From an uncultured Actinomycetota bacterium (GTDB lineage: Bacteria; Actinomycetota; Actinomycetes; Actinomycetales; Dermatophilaceae), in NCBI GenBank assembly GCA_963695175.1, contig CAVOGG010000006.1, positions 38,052 through 102,051 on the forward strand: a DNA stretch of 64,000 bases, given 5' to 3'. Both the position numbers and the translations under genes were made by a program. This document shows positions 20,304 to 29,124 of this stretch, piece after piece. How positions within the stretch are numbered: position 1 is the stretch's first letter; each line of letters opens with the position of its first letter. A model generated the notes under the pieces. The model was not told the DNA's origin. It saw only the letters and a list, made by a program, of their open reading frames with translations, and did not search any database.

Positions 20304-22084
20304 TGCGCATCCTCATCGGCATGTCGAACGGGACCATCGAGTCCGACCTGAGGTCGCTGCTCGAGGAGCTCGACGACACCCAGGTCATCGGCGTCGCGCA
20401 GACGAGCAGCATGGTGCTCGACTACGCATCACGGCTCGACCCCGACATCGTCGTGCTCCACGAGCACCTGGGGCCCGAGCCGGTGCTGCAGACCATCCGC
20501 GACTTCGGCGCGCGGCACCCGAGCGTGGCGGTGCTCGAGGTCTCGGCCGAGCGCACGCCCACGACCGTCATCCGGGCGATGGAGGCCGGCGCCCGCGGGG
20601 TCATTGCGCACCCGTTCGCGTTCGAGGACCTCTCGGCCAAGGTCACCGCGGCCAGCGACTGGTCGCGGCAGATGAAGCGCATCCTCGCCGGTGCCATCGC
20701 CCAGGCGGGCTCGGCCCGCGGCAAGGTGATGGCGGTGGTCGGCGCCAAGGGGGGCGTGGGAACGACGACCCTCGCGACGCATCTGGCCCTGGACCACCTG
20801 ACCGCCAACCCCAACCGGCGGGTGTGCCTGGTCGACCTCGACTTGGAGAAGGGCGACGTCAGCGCGGTGCTCGACGTGCGGCAGGCGGTGTCCATCGCCG
20901 ACCTCGCGAAGGTGCACCAGGACCTCTCCGGCAGCACCGTCAACGACGCCGTCGTGCAGCACGAGTGCGGCCTGAACCTGCTGCTCGGCCCGGCCGACGT
21001 GCGGCTGACCGAGCTGATCACCGCAGAGGCGCTGCGCCCGATCTTCGCGCTGCTGCGCCGTGAGTTCGACCTCGTCGTCGTCGACGGCGGCGGCTCGGTC
21101 TCGCCCGCCCAGGCCTCGGTCGTCGAGCTCGCCGACGAGACGGTCGTCGTCACCACCGCTGACGTGCTCGCGGTGCGGGCGATGCGCAAGCGGATCCTCG
21201 CGTGGGAGGCGCTCGGCGTCACCGACGAGAGTGCGCTGCGGGTCATCGTCAACAAGGTCGACCGCTCGAGCATCTTCCCCGCTTCCGCGGTGGCCCAGCT
21301 CACCTCCGCCGTGGTCCTCACGGCGACCGTTCCGTTGTCGGTGCGCGCGCTGGAGCCGGCGATGAACGAGCGCGACCCCCGCGCCGTCACCGAGGTGGCG
21401 TGGTGGCGCCTGATGACCCAGCTGCGGCGCGAGCTCGACCTCGAGGACGCCCGGCCGGCGGCCGTGAAGCCGTCGCGCGGGGCGCGCGGTCGTCGGCCCG
21501 CCGAGCGCGAGCATGAGGTCCCGGCGGCGGGAACGGCGGGCGAGGAGCAGAACGCTCCCGCCGGCTCGGTGGCCCGGCTGGGCCGGCGCGGCGGCGTCCG
21601 GGGCGAGCGGACTGCAGCCCCGGCCTCCGAGGTCGCCGCCGCCGCTGCTGCCGCGGAGGCCGCTGCCGCCGCCGCCGAGGAGGCCGCTGCCGCCGCTGCG
21701 GATGCCGCGGCAGTCGCCGAGGTCGCCGAGGTCGGGGGACGCCGCCGGCGCGAGGCCGGCCAGGTGGCCCTGGAGAACGTGGTGCTGCTCCCGCTCATCC
21801 TCTTCATCGCCCTCGCGGCGTGGCAGGTGGTCGCCATCGGGCTGACCTTCGTCATGTCGGGCAACGCCTCGCGGGTCGCGGCTCGCGAGTACTCGGTCAC
21901 CGGCAGCCAGTCCAGCGCCCAGGCGGCGGCTCGCGACCGCTCTCCGTGGGCCTTCGACGACCTCACCGTCTCGGTCTCCGGCGACGAGGTGACCGTGCGG
22001 ATGCAGATTCCCGCGGCCGGCCCCGCCAGCCTGAAGTTCCCCCAGCAGCTGACATCGACGCGGTCGGCGGTGAGCGAGCGATGA
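20303..22084 (+). CDS. cpaE: CpaE/TadZ-like protein (receiver + MinD-like ATPase) fused to a C-terminal TadE-like pilin
   Basis: Receiver-like N-terminus, GAKGGVGTTT, LVDLDLEKGD, VVDGG; Ala/Glu-rich linker; RRREAG|QVALEN prepilin motif, TM helix and AAREYS TadE motif, with no stop in between. Confidence 0.85.
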   Translation: MRILIGMSNGTIESDLRSLLEELDDTQVIGVAQTSSMVLDYASRLDPDIVVLHEHLGPEPVLQTIRDFGARHPSVAVLEVSAERTPTTVIRAMEAGARGVIAHPFAFEDLSAKVTAASDWSRQMKRILAGAIAQAGSARGKVMAVVGAKGGVGTTTLATHLALDHLTANPNRRVCLVDLDLEKGDVSAVLDVRQAVSIADLAKVHQDLSGSTVNDAVVQHECGLNLLLGPADVRLTELITAEALRPIFALLRREFDLVVVDGGGSVSPAQASVVELADETVVVTTADVLAVRAMRKRILAWEALGVTDESALRVIVNKVDRSSIFPASAVAQLTSAVVLTATVPLSVRALEPAMNERDPRAVTEVAWWRLMTQLRRELDLEDARPAAVKPSRGARGRRPAEREHEVPAAGTAGEEQNAPAGSVARLGRRGGVRGERTAAPASEVAAAAAAAEAAAAAAEEAAAAAADAAAVAEVAEVGGRRRREAGQVALENVVLLPLILFIALAAWQVVAIGLTFVMSGNASRVAAREYSVTGSQSSAQAAARDRSPWAFDDLTVSVSGDEVTVRMQIPAAGPASLKFPQQLTSTRSAVSER

Positions 22085-22425
22085 GACGCCGCGGCGAGCG
22101 CGGCACGGCATCCCTGGAGTTCCTGGCCCTCGGGCCGTTCGTGCTGCTCGTCGGCTTCCTGGTGTGGCAGCTCGCGGTCGGGGCCTGGGCCGCGACCTCC
22201 GCCAACGAGGCCGCCCGCGCCGCTGCCCGCGCGGCCAGCCTCGGCCAGGACCCCGGCCGGGCCGCCGAGCGCGCCCTGCCCGGCGGGCTGCGCAACCACA
22301 CCCTCACCGGGGGTCGGTCCGGCGACGGCTACCGCTACACGGTGCGGGTCGAGGTCCCGGCCTTCTCCGCCGTCGGGCTCGACCCGGTGAGCCGCACCGT
22401 CGAGATGCCGGCGGAGCGACCGTGA
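22081..22425 (+). CDS. tadE: TadE-like minor pilin
   Basis: ERG|TASLEF prepilin motif, TM helix, ANEAARAAARAAS. Confidence 0.88.
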   Translation: MRRRGERGTASLEFLALGPFVLLVGFLVWQLAVGAWAATSANEAARAAARAASLGQDPGRAAERALPGGLRNHTLTGGRSGDGYRYTVRVEVPAFSAVGLDPVSRTVEMPAERP

Positions 22426-23750
22426 GCAGGTCCTACGGCTCGTTCATCGGCGCCGCGGCGGCCGGGCGGGTCGGCACCGAGGACGACTCGCTGATCACGA
22501 CCTTCCGTCGCCTCCTCCTCGAGGAGGTCGACCTCCACGAGCTGAGCAAGCTCGAGCCGAGCCAGCGTCGCGCGCGCCTGGAGCGCGTCATCGCCCACCT
22601 CGTCTCGCGCGAGGGCGTCATCCTCTCGACGAGCGAGCGCAACCTGCTCGTGCGGCGGGTGGTCGACGAAGCGGTCGGCCTCGGTGTGCTCGAGCCGATC
22701 CTCGCCGACCCGACGGTGAGCGAGATCATGATCAACGGGCACGAGACGATCTACGTCGAGCGCAGCGGCCGGCTGGAGCGGTGGCCCAGCGGGTTCACGA
22801 ACGAGGAGCAGCTGCTCCAGACGATCGACCGCATCGTCTCCACGGTCAACCGGCGCGTCGACGAGTCGAGCCCGATGGCCGACGCCCGGCTGCCGGCCGA
22901 CACCCGGATGCCGCGCGGTGCCCGCGTCAACGTCGTGCTCCCCCCGCTCTCCCTCAACGGGCCCACGGTGACGATCCGGCTGTTCCCGACCGCCATCTCG
23001 CTCCCGCGCCTCATCGAGTGGGGCTCGCTCAACGCCGACCTCGCCGCGCTGCTCCAGGCCTGCGTCGAGGCACGGCTCAACGTCGTCGTGTCCGGCGGCA
23101 CCGGCTCGGGCAAGACCACGCTGCTCAACGCGCTCTCCAGCTTCATCTCGACCAAGGAGCGCATCGTCACCATCGAGGATGCCGCCGAGCTGAGCCTGGA
23201 CCAGCCGCACACCATCCGCCTCGAGACCCGCCCGCCGAACATCGAGGGCCGCGGGCAGGTCACCATCCGCGACCTCGTGCGCAACTCGCTGCGCATGCGA
23301 CCCGACCGGATCATCGTCGGGGAGTGTCGCGGCGGCGAGGCGCTCGACATGCTGCAGGCGATGAACACCGGCCACGAGGGGTCGCTCACCACGGTGCACG
23401 CCAACAGCCCCGGCGACGCCCTCGCCCGGCTCGAGACGCTGGCCACGATGAGCGACGTCGAGGTGCCGTTCCACGCCATCCGCGACCAGGTGAACTCGGC
23501 CATCGACGTCATCGTGCAGCTCAACCGGCACTCCGACGGTGCCCGGCGGGTCGTCGAGACCTCCTACCTGGCCTCGCGGCGGCAGGAGGACTTCGACCTC
23601 GTGCCGCTCGTCACCTGGGACCCGATGCACGTCGACGACGTCGCCCGCACCCGCGGCCGGTTCGTCACGCACCAGGTGCCTGAGGCGCTGCGGCGCCGGC
23701 TCGCCGAGGCGGGCGTCGCGCTCCCGGCCTTTCTGGAGCAGGCGTCGTGA
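22422..23750 (+). CDS. cpaF: Tad pilus ATPase CpaF/TadA
   Basis: GGTGSGKTT Walker A, TIEDAAEL, LRMRPDRIIVGE Walker B, AMNTGHEGSLTTVHANS His boxes. Confidence 0.97.
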   Translation: MSRSYGSFIGAAAAGRVGTEDDSLITTFRRLLLEEVDLHELSKLEPSQRRARLERVIAHLVSREGVILSTSERNLLVRRVVDEAVGLGVLEPILADPTVSEIMINGHETIYVERSGRLERWPSGFTNEEQLLQTIDRIVSTVNRRVDESSPMADARLPADTRMPRGARVNVVLPPLSLNGPTVTIRLFPTAISLPRLIEWGSLNADLAALLQACVEARLNVVVSGGTGSGKTTLLNALSSFISTKERIVTIEDAAELSLDQPHTIRLETRPPNIEGRGQVTIRDLVRNSLRMRPDRIIVGECRGGEALDMLQAMNTGHEGSLTTVHANSPGDALARLETLATMSDVEVPFHAIRDQVNSAIDVIVQLNRHSDGARRVVETSYLASRRQEDFDLVPLVTWDPMHVDDVARTRGRFVTHQVPEALRRRLAEAGVALPAFLEQAS

Positions 23751-24667
23751 TCGCCGCCATCTTCGTCGGCGCCGTCGCCGCGGCCGTTCTCGCGCTGCTG
23801 GGCGTGCGGGAGTTCGGCCGGGCCGCCCGCGACCGGCACGTCGCCATCACCGGCGCCGAGACCGGCCTCACCGACGACGAGCCCAACCTGCTCGAGGTGC
23901 TCGACCTTCGCTTCCGGCGCACCCGGGCCGGCCGGTGGCTGGTGCGCGAGCTCGACGTCGCCGGCATCAACCGCCGCCCGTCGGTGGTCTTCCTCGGCGG
24001 GCTCGCGGTCGGCGTCATCGGCTCGGTCCTGTTGTGGACGCTGCTCGCGCCGCTGCTCGGCGTCATCGGGAGCCTGCTCGGCCTGCTCGCCGTGCGCGCC
24101 TACCTGCGCCGGGCCCGCGAGCGCCGCCGGGAGGCCTTCGTCGGGCAGCTGCCCGAGCTCGCCCGGGTGCTGGCGAACGCCAGCTACGCGGGCCTGTCGC
24201 TGCCGACCGCCATCGCCATCGCCGGCGACGAGCTGCCCGAGCCGGCGCGCACCGAGCTGTCGCGGGTCGCCACCCGGTTGCGCTTCGGGTCGCCGCTCGC
24301 GCGGGCGCTGGAGGAGCTGCGTGAGCGGGTCGGGTCGCGAGAGACGTCGGTGCTCATCTCGACGCTCGTCGTCGCCTCGCGCAGCGGCGGCTCGCTCGTC
24401 ACGGCCCTGCGCGACATCGCCGAGACCCTCGAGCAGCGCAAGGAGACCCGCCGCGAGGTGCGCACCGTGCTCGCCCAGCCGGTCGTCACGTCGTACTTCG
24501 TCATCGTGCTCGGTGTCGTCATGCTCCTCATGCTCAACGTGATGCAGCCCGGCACGGTCGACAAGATGACCCGCCAGCCGCTGGGGCAGGTCGCGCTCCT
24601 GCTCGCGTTCGCCATCTTCGGGTCCGGCTTCTACGCCATCCGCAAGATGACGAGGTTCGACATATGA
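23747..24667 (+). CDS. tadB: Tad inner-membrane platform protein TadB (T2SS F domain)
   Basis: FVGQLPEL, GGSLVTALRDIAE, TM pattern, position after cpaF. Confidence 0.9.
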   Translation: MIAAIFVGAVAAAVLALLGVREFGRAARDRHVAITGAETGLTDDEPNLLEVLDLRFRRTRAGRWLVRELDVAGINRRPSVVFLGGLAVGVIGSVLLWTLLAPLLGVIGSLLGLLAVRAYLRRARERRREAFVGQLPELARVLANASYAGLSLPTAIAIAGDELPEPARTELSRVATRLRFGSPLARALEELRERVGSRETSVLISTLVVASRSGGSLVTALRDIAETLEQRKETRREVRTVLAQPVVTSYFVIVLGVVMLLMLNVMQPGTVDKMTRQPLGQVALLLAFAIFGSGFYAIRKMTRFDI

Positions 24668-25569
24668 GCTGGCTGGTCGGCACCGTCCCCGGGGTCGTCG
24701 CCGCGGTGGCGGTCTACCTCCTGCTGCGCGGGTACCGGATGCTGCGCACCGACCCGGCCGCCGACCTCGCGGTCGAGGACATCGCCATCCTGCAGGGGGC
24801 GACGCAGAAGCGTGCCCGGTCGCAGGGACCGGTCTCCGCGGTCGCGTACCGGCTGGCCCCCCGGGTGCGACGGCTCCTGCCCGCGAATGCCGTGACCTTC
24901 CTGCGCCGGCAGGTCGACCAGGCCGGCCGCCCCGAGGGCATCGACGTCGACTCGGTCATCGCCCGCGGCGTCATGTGGATGCTGCTCGTGTCTCCCGCCG
25001 TGGTGATCTTCGTCCTGCAAGGCCGGTGGCTGCCCGTGCTGATGGCGCTCGCGGCGATCCTCGTCATGCCGCTCGCCCGGTTGTCGACCCTGGCCCGCAA
25101 GCGGCGCGAGCGCATCGACCGCGACCTCCCGGACTTCCTCGACGTGCTCGCCGTGACGGTGAGCGCCGGCATCGGCTTCCGCCAGGCCCTCGGCGTGGTG
25201 TCGGAGCGCTTCGGCGGTCCGTTGTCGGAGGAGGTCACGACCACCCTGCACCAGATCACGAACGGCGCGAGCGTGCGCTCGGCCTTCCGGGCCATGCGCG
25301 ACCGCAACACCTCCGAGTCGATCGAGGAGTTCACGACGGCCTACCTGCAGGCCGAGGAGCTGGGGGCGCCGCTCGTCGACACCCTCAACCAGATCGCCGC
25401 CGACATGCGGCGCGCCTCCGCGCAGCGCTACCGGCAGAAGGCGGCGGCCATCGCGCCTCGGGTCACGCTGCTCACCACGGTCGTCATGGTGCCCGGGGCG
25501 ATGATCCTGCTGATCGTCGGCCTCTACATCGGCTCCGACCTGGACCTCGGGTCGTTCGGTGGCATCTGA
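24664..25569 (+). CDS. tadC: Tad inner-membrane platform protein TadC (T2SS F domain)
   Basis: IDRDLPDFLDVLAVTVSAGIGF, ELGAPLVDTL, position after tadB. Confidence 0.9.
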   Translation: MSWLVGTVPGVVAAVAVYLLLRGYRMLRTDPAADLAVEDIAILQGATQKRARSQGPVSAVAYRLAPRVRRLLPANAVTFLRRQVDQAGRPEGIDVDSVIARGVMWMLLVSPAVVIFVLQGRWLPVLMALAAILVMPLARLSTLARKRRERIDRDLPDFLDVLAVTVSAGIGFRQALGVVSERFGGPLSEEVTTTLHQITNGASVRSAFRAMRDRNTSESIEEFTTAYLQAEELGAPLVDTLNQIAADMRRASAQRYRQKAAAIAPRVTLLTTVVMVPGAMILLIVGLYIGSDLDLGSFGGI

Positions 25570-26755
25570 ACGGGCGCTGTCGCCGACGCGCCTGCAGCTG
25601 CGCGTCGCCCAGGTCGCGTTGCTCGTGCGGCTGGCGCTGCTCTTCGTCCTCGAGCTCGTGTGGGTGATCCGCGGCGACGGGCTCGCGACGCTCGGGGTCG
25701 TCGCAGCAGCCGGGGTGTCCTACCTGGCGCTCAGCTCGGCCCGGGCGCGGGTGGTGCTCATGCGGCATCCGCTGCTCGTGCTCCTCGACGCCGTGCTGGT
25801 GGCGGTCCTCGTCGGCATCGTCGGTGTCGACACCCCGTTCGCCCTCGCGCTCGCGACCTCGGCGCTGCTCGTGGGGCTGTGGCTGCCCGTCGTCCCCGGC
25901 CTGCTCGTGGTCCTGGTCCTCGTGGCGGTCGACCTCGTGCTCCTCACCGCCCGGCCCGTCGACGATGCCGGCCTGGTCGCCTACGTGCTCGTGGTGCCGG
26001 CCGTGCTCGTCACCTTGTGGCTGCTCGGGCTCGCGATCCAGCGCTCAGGTCGTGCCGAGGCACGAGCCCAGGCGTCGCTGCGTGACGCCATGTCGGTGGC
26101 GGCCACCGCCCAGGAGCGCGGCCGGATCGCCCGCGAGATGCACGACACCATCGCGAAGTCGCTCCAGGCGATGGCGCTGACCGCCTCCAGCATCCCGCGC
26201 CACCTCGACCGGGACGTCGACGTGGCGGCCGCCCGGGCCCGCGAGCTCGAGCAGGACTGCACTGCGGTCATCGCCCAGGTCCGCGAGCTGATGGGCGAGC
26301 TGCGCACCCCCGTTGCGCAGCTGCCCTTCAGCGAGGCCGTGGCGCAGGCCGCCGACGAGTGGAGCAGCACCACGGGTCGCCGGTGCACGACGCGTCTGGA
26401 CCCGGTCGAGGTCACCGACGGGCACGTCCGCTATGAGCTGCTCATGGCGCTGCGCGAGGCCCTCGACAACGTGCGCCAGCACGCCGGTCGGTGCACGGCC
26501 CGGGTCACGCTCGAGGCGGCGGGCGCTGACCGCCTCGCGCTCACCGTCAGCGACGACGGCCAGGGCAGCGACCCCGAGCACGTGGCGGGCGCACCGGCGC
26601 GCGGCCACTTCGGGGTGGTCGGGATGGCGGAGCGGATGGCCGGGGTCGGCGGAACCTTCCGCCACGAGACCCGGCACGGACAGGGCACCACGGTGACCTT
26701 CGAGGTGCACCGGCAGGGCCTCGTGGAGAAGCAGCAACGAGAGGTGGTGGCCTGA
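25559..26755 (+). CDS. Membrane sensor histidine kinase (HisKA_3, NarL-partner type)
   Basis: ERGRIAREMHD phospho-His motif, EALDNVRQHA N box, DDGQG G1, GHFGVVGMAER G2; several N-terminal TM helices. Confidence 0.93.
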   Translation: MASERALSPTRLQLRVAQVALLVRLALLFVLELVWVIRGDGLATLGVVAAAGVSYLALSSARARVVLMRHPLLVLLDAVLVAVLVGIVGVDTPFALALATSALLVGLWLPVVPGLLVVLVLVAVDLVLLTARPVDDAGLVAYVLVVPAVLVTLWLLGLAIQRSGRAEARAQASLRDAMSVAATAQERGRIAREMHDTIAKSLQAMALTASSIPRHLDRDVDVAAARARELEQDCTAVIAQVRELMGELRTPVAQLPFSEAVAQAADEWSSTTGRRCTTRLDPVEVTDGHVRYELLMALREALDNVRQHAGRCTARVTLEAAGADRLALTVSDDGQGSDPEHVAGAPARGHFGVVGMAERMAGVGGTFRHETRHGQGTTVTFEVHRQGLVEKQQREVVA

Positions 26756-27390
26756 TGGCCCACACGGTGTGCATCGTCGACGACAGCGCCGTCATGCGCC
26801 GGGGGATCCGTTCTCTCGTCGAGACCGACGACCAGCTCGAGATCGTCGCCGAGGCGGGGAACGGCGAGCAGGCGCTGGCCGCGGTGCGTCGGCTCCGGCC
26901 CGACGTCGTGCTCCTCGACGTGCGGATGCCGACCCGCGACGGGATCTCGGTGGTCCGGGAGATCTCCGAGGTGTCGCACGTCCTCATGCTCACCTTTTCC
27001 GACGAGAGCGAGGTCGTGCTCGCCGCCCTCGACGAGGGGGCCATCGGCTACCTCGTGCACGGCACCTTCGACGCCGACCGGCTGGGGGCGATGGTGCGTG
27101 CCGCGGCGGAGGGCACCGGCAGCCTGTCCGGTCCGGCCCTGGCGGCGCTGCGCGGCGGACGGGCCCCGGTGGCCGGCCCGGGAGGACGCGAGCGCTTCGA
27201 CCTGTCCGAGCGGCAGGCCGAGGTGATGGACCTCGTGGCCGCCGGCAAGACCAACGGGGCGATCGCGCGTGAGCTGTTCCTGTCGGAGAAGACGGTGAAG
27301 AACCACATCAACCAGATCTTCCCGCGGCTCGCGGTGACCACGCGGGCCGAGGCGATCGTGGCGTGGCTGGGAACCCGGCCCGGGTCCTGA
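26755..27390 (+). CDS. NarL/LuxR-family response regulator
   Basis: IVDD, VLLDVRMP phospho-Asp, LSERQAEVMDLVAAGKTNGAIARELFLSEKTVKNH HTH. Confidence 0.95.
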   Translation: MAHTVCIVDDSAVMRRGIRSLVETDDQLEIVAEAGNGEQALAAVRRLRPDVVLLDVRMPTRDGISVVREISEVSHVLMLTFSDESEVVLAALDEGAIGYLVHGTFDADRLGAMVRAAAEGTGSLSGPALAALRGGRAPVAGPGGRERFDLSERQAEVMDLVAAGKTNGAIARELFLSEKTVKNHINQIFPRLAVTTRAEAIVAWLGTRPGS

Positions 27391-27400
27391 CCGGGCCGAG

Positions 27401-27457
27401 TTGGGCCCCGCGCTGGGCCTGCGGACCCTGTGCGCCCCGGTGCGCCGTCCGTAGCGT
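27401..27457 (+). promoter_or_regulatory. Putative regulated promoter of flp (copy 1 of shared motif)
   Basis: TTGGGCCC-N5-TGGGCCTGC-N3-CCCTGTG-N19-TAGCGT; near-identical to 32134-32189. Confidence 0.6.
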
Positions 27458-27522
27458 TCTCGGTGTCAGGACGAGGACCGCAGGCCCTCGGACACCGGGG
27501 AATTCGGACCAAGGAGAACGCC

Positions 27523-27726
27523 ATGACCCACCAGCTCGCCGCTCGCTACTCCACCTACGCCGCCACGCTCAAGGACCGCCGCGAGGCCGGCCAGAACTCG
27601 CTCGAGTACCTCGGCATGGCGCTCGTCGCCGGCGTTGTCATCGCCGCCATCTACGGCGTCGTGACCGGCGCGGACGTGGGCGCGAAGATCAGCGACGCCT
27701 GGGCGAAGATCACCGGCGCGTCGTGA
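27523..27726 (+). CDS. flp: Flp major pilin (type IVc)
   Basis: 67 aa, AAGGAG RBS, REAG|QNSLEY Flp motif, hydrophobic helix. Confidence 0.92.
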   Translation: MTHQLAARYSTYAATLKDRREAGQNSLEYLGMALVAGVVIAAIYGVVTGADVGAKISDAWAKITGAS

Positions 27727-27735
27727 CGTCACCGG

Positions 27736-27773
27736 GTCGCCGGGACGGGGTCGACAGACCCCGTCCCGGCGAC
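27736..27773 (+). terminator. 17-bp perfect stem-loop after flp (attenuator or mRNA-stabilising hairpin)
   Basis: GTCGCCGGGACGGGGTC-GACA-GACCCCGTCCCGGCGAC. Confidence 0.75.
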
Positions 27774-27827
27774 TCGTGCGTCGGGGGGTCGCGACCGAAC
27801 CGCGCCGCTGAAGGGGAGGGAGGCGCC

Positions 27828-28421
27828 GTGCAGCACCGAATCCGTCGTCGTGAGGACGGCCAGGCGGTCACCGCCGTGGCCATCGTCGCCGTGCTCATCC
27901 TCGTGGCCGCCGCGCTCGGCATCGTCTTCCGCACGGGCAAGGTCACGAGCGAGGTGAGCAAGATCCAGTCCGGCGCGGATGCCGCGGCGCTCGCCGGGGC
28001 GCAGCAGGTGCGCGAGGACGCCCACGGCCGCATCGTCAGCTCGTTGCAGTCGCGCGTGCCGCGCAGCTTCTGGACGTGCGGCGACGGGCAGGGACGCGCG
28101 CAGTCGTTCGCCGGGCGCAACGACACCGACCTGACGACGTACTGCTACTACCCGCTCGCCGACCGCGTCGAGGCCACCGTGCGCAGCGACTTCGTCACCG
28201 AGACCGGAAGCCGCGAGAGCGCCTCCGCGGTTGCCGAGACCGGCCGCCGCCTCGGGCCGTGCATCGTGGTCGCCGTCCCTGGCTCGACCACCGGATACGA
28301 GACCACCGCCGACTGCGGCGACATCGTGGTGCGGGTGTACGTCGACACCACCGGCAACGTCACGCTGCTGACCACCCCCTCCGAGGTCAAGCGGATGTTC
28401 CGGGTCACGCTGCGCGAGTGA
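27828..28421 (+). CDS. TadG-like pilus-associated protein
   Basis: REDG|QAVTAV prepilin-like motif, TM helix, QSGADAAALAGA TadG-type motif, several Cys. Confidence 0.8.
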   Translation: MQHRIRRREDGQAVTAVAIVAVLILVAAALGIVFRTGKVTSEVSKIQSGADAAALAGAQQVREDAHGRIVSSLQSRVPRSFWTCGDGQGRAQSFAGRNDTDLTTYCYYPLADRVEATVRSDFVTETGSRESASAVAETGRRLGPCIVVAVPGSTTGYETTADCGDIVVRVYVDTTGNVTLLTTPSEVKRMFRVTLRE

Positions 28422-28509
28422 CGGATGCGCGGCGTCGGTGCGGCCCCGGTCCCTCCCTGAGGGGCCGGGGCCGCGTCCGTGTGTCGAAGTGGTGCGGCTG
28501 CGTCGGGAG

Positions 28510-29124
28510 TCAGCCGTTGGCCGGCGTCGCGTCCGTGACGGGGACCTTCACGTCGGCGAACCAGGGGCTGGTCAGCGTCACCTCGGTCGTCCCGGCGGGC
28601 AGGGGCGGGTACAGGGCCGAGATGGGCGGGGTCTCGACGCCCTGGGTGAGGCGCAGGGCGGGGTCGGACAGGGCCGACCACCCGTCATCCTGCTTGTCGA
28701 AGGTGATGATCGAGTACTTCTTTCCGCCGGCCACCATGACCGGGTACTTCTCCCAGAACCGCACGTTGGAGTCACGGGAGCTGGCGCCGGGGGCGCCGGT
28801 GACCCGCCAGACGAGCAGGGTCGAGGCGTCGGACCGCGTCAGGCGGTAGAAGCCGAACGTTGCGCCCCGGTACGACGAGGAGGCCTTGGCGGGCGTCGTC
28901 GCGATCTGCGTGAGTGGGGCGGCGCCGCCGACGACGGCGGAGGACTGGTCCTGGGCGGTCGGGGAGGCGCTGGCGGACGGGCTGCCGCCCGGGGCGCCGG
29001 AGGCACTCTTCGAGGCGGTGGGGTCGGGGGCGCCGGGGCTGAAGGTGCACCCACCCAGCACGGTGGCGGCCACCGCCGTGGCGGCGATGGCGGCGAGGGG
29101 TCGTCGGGTCATCGCAGGCCTCAC
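28510..29124 (-). CDS. Lipoprotein (paralog of 30275-30832)
   Basis: LGGC lipobox; SSYRGATF, STLLVW, YPVM, ALYPPLPA, TLTSPWFADVKVPVT. Confidence 0.8.
   Translation of the reverse strand: MRPAMTRRPLAAIAATAVAATVLGGCTFSPGAPDPTASKSASGAPGGSPSASASPTAQDQSSAVVGGAAPLTQIATTPAKASSSYRGATFGFYRLTRSDASTLLVWRVTGAPGASSRDSNVRFWEKYPVMVAGGKKYSIITFDKQDDGWSALSDPALRLTQGVETPPISALYPPLPAGTTEVTLTSPWFADVKVPVTDATPANG

Noticed and set aside
21600-21730. GCC-rich run as a possible VNTR or mobile repeat
   Set aside because: Explained as the poly-Ala/Glu linker codons of the CpaE-TadE fusion.
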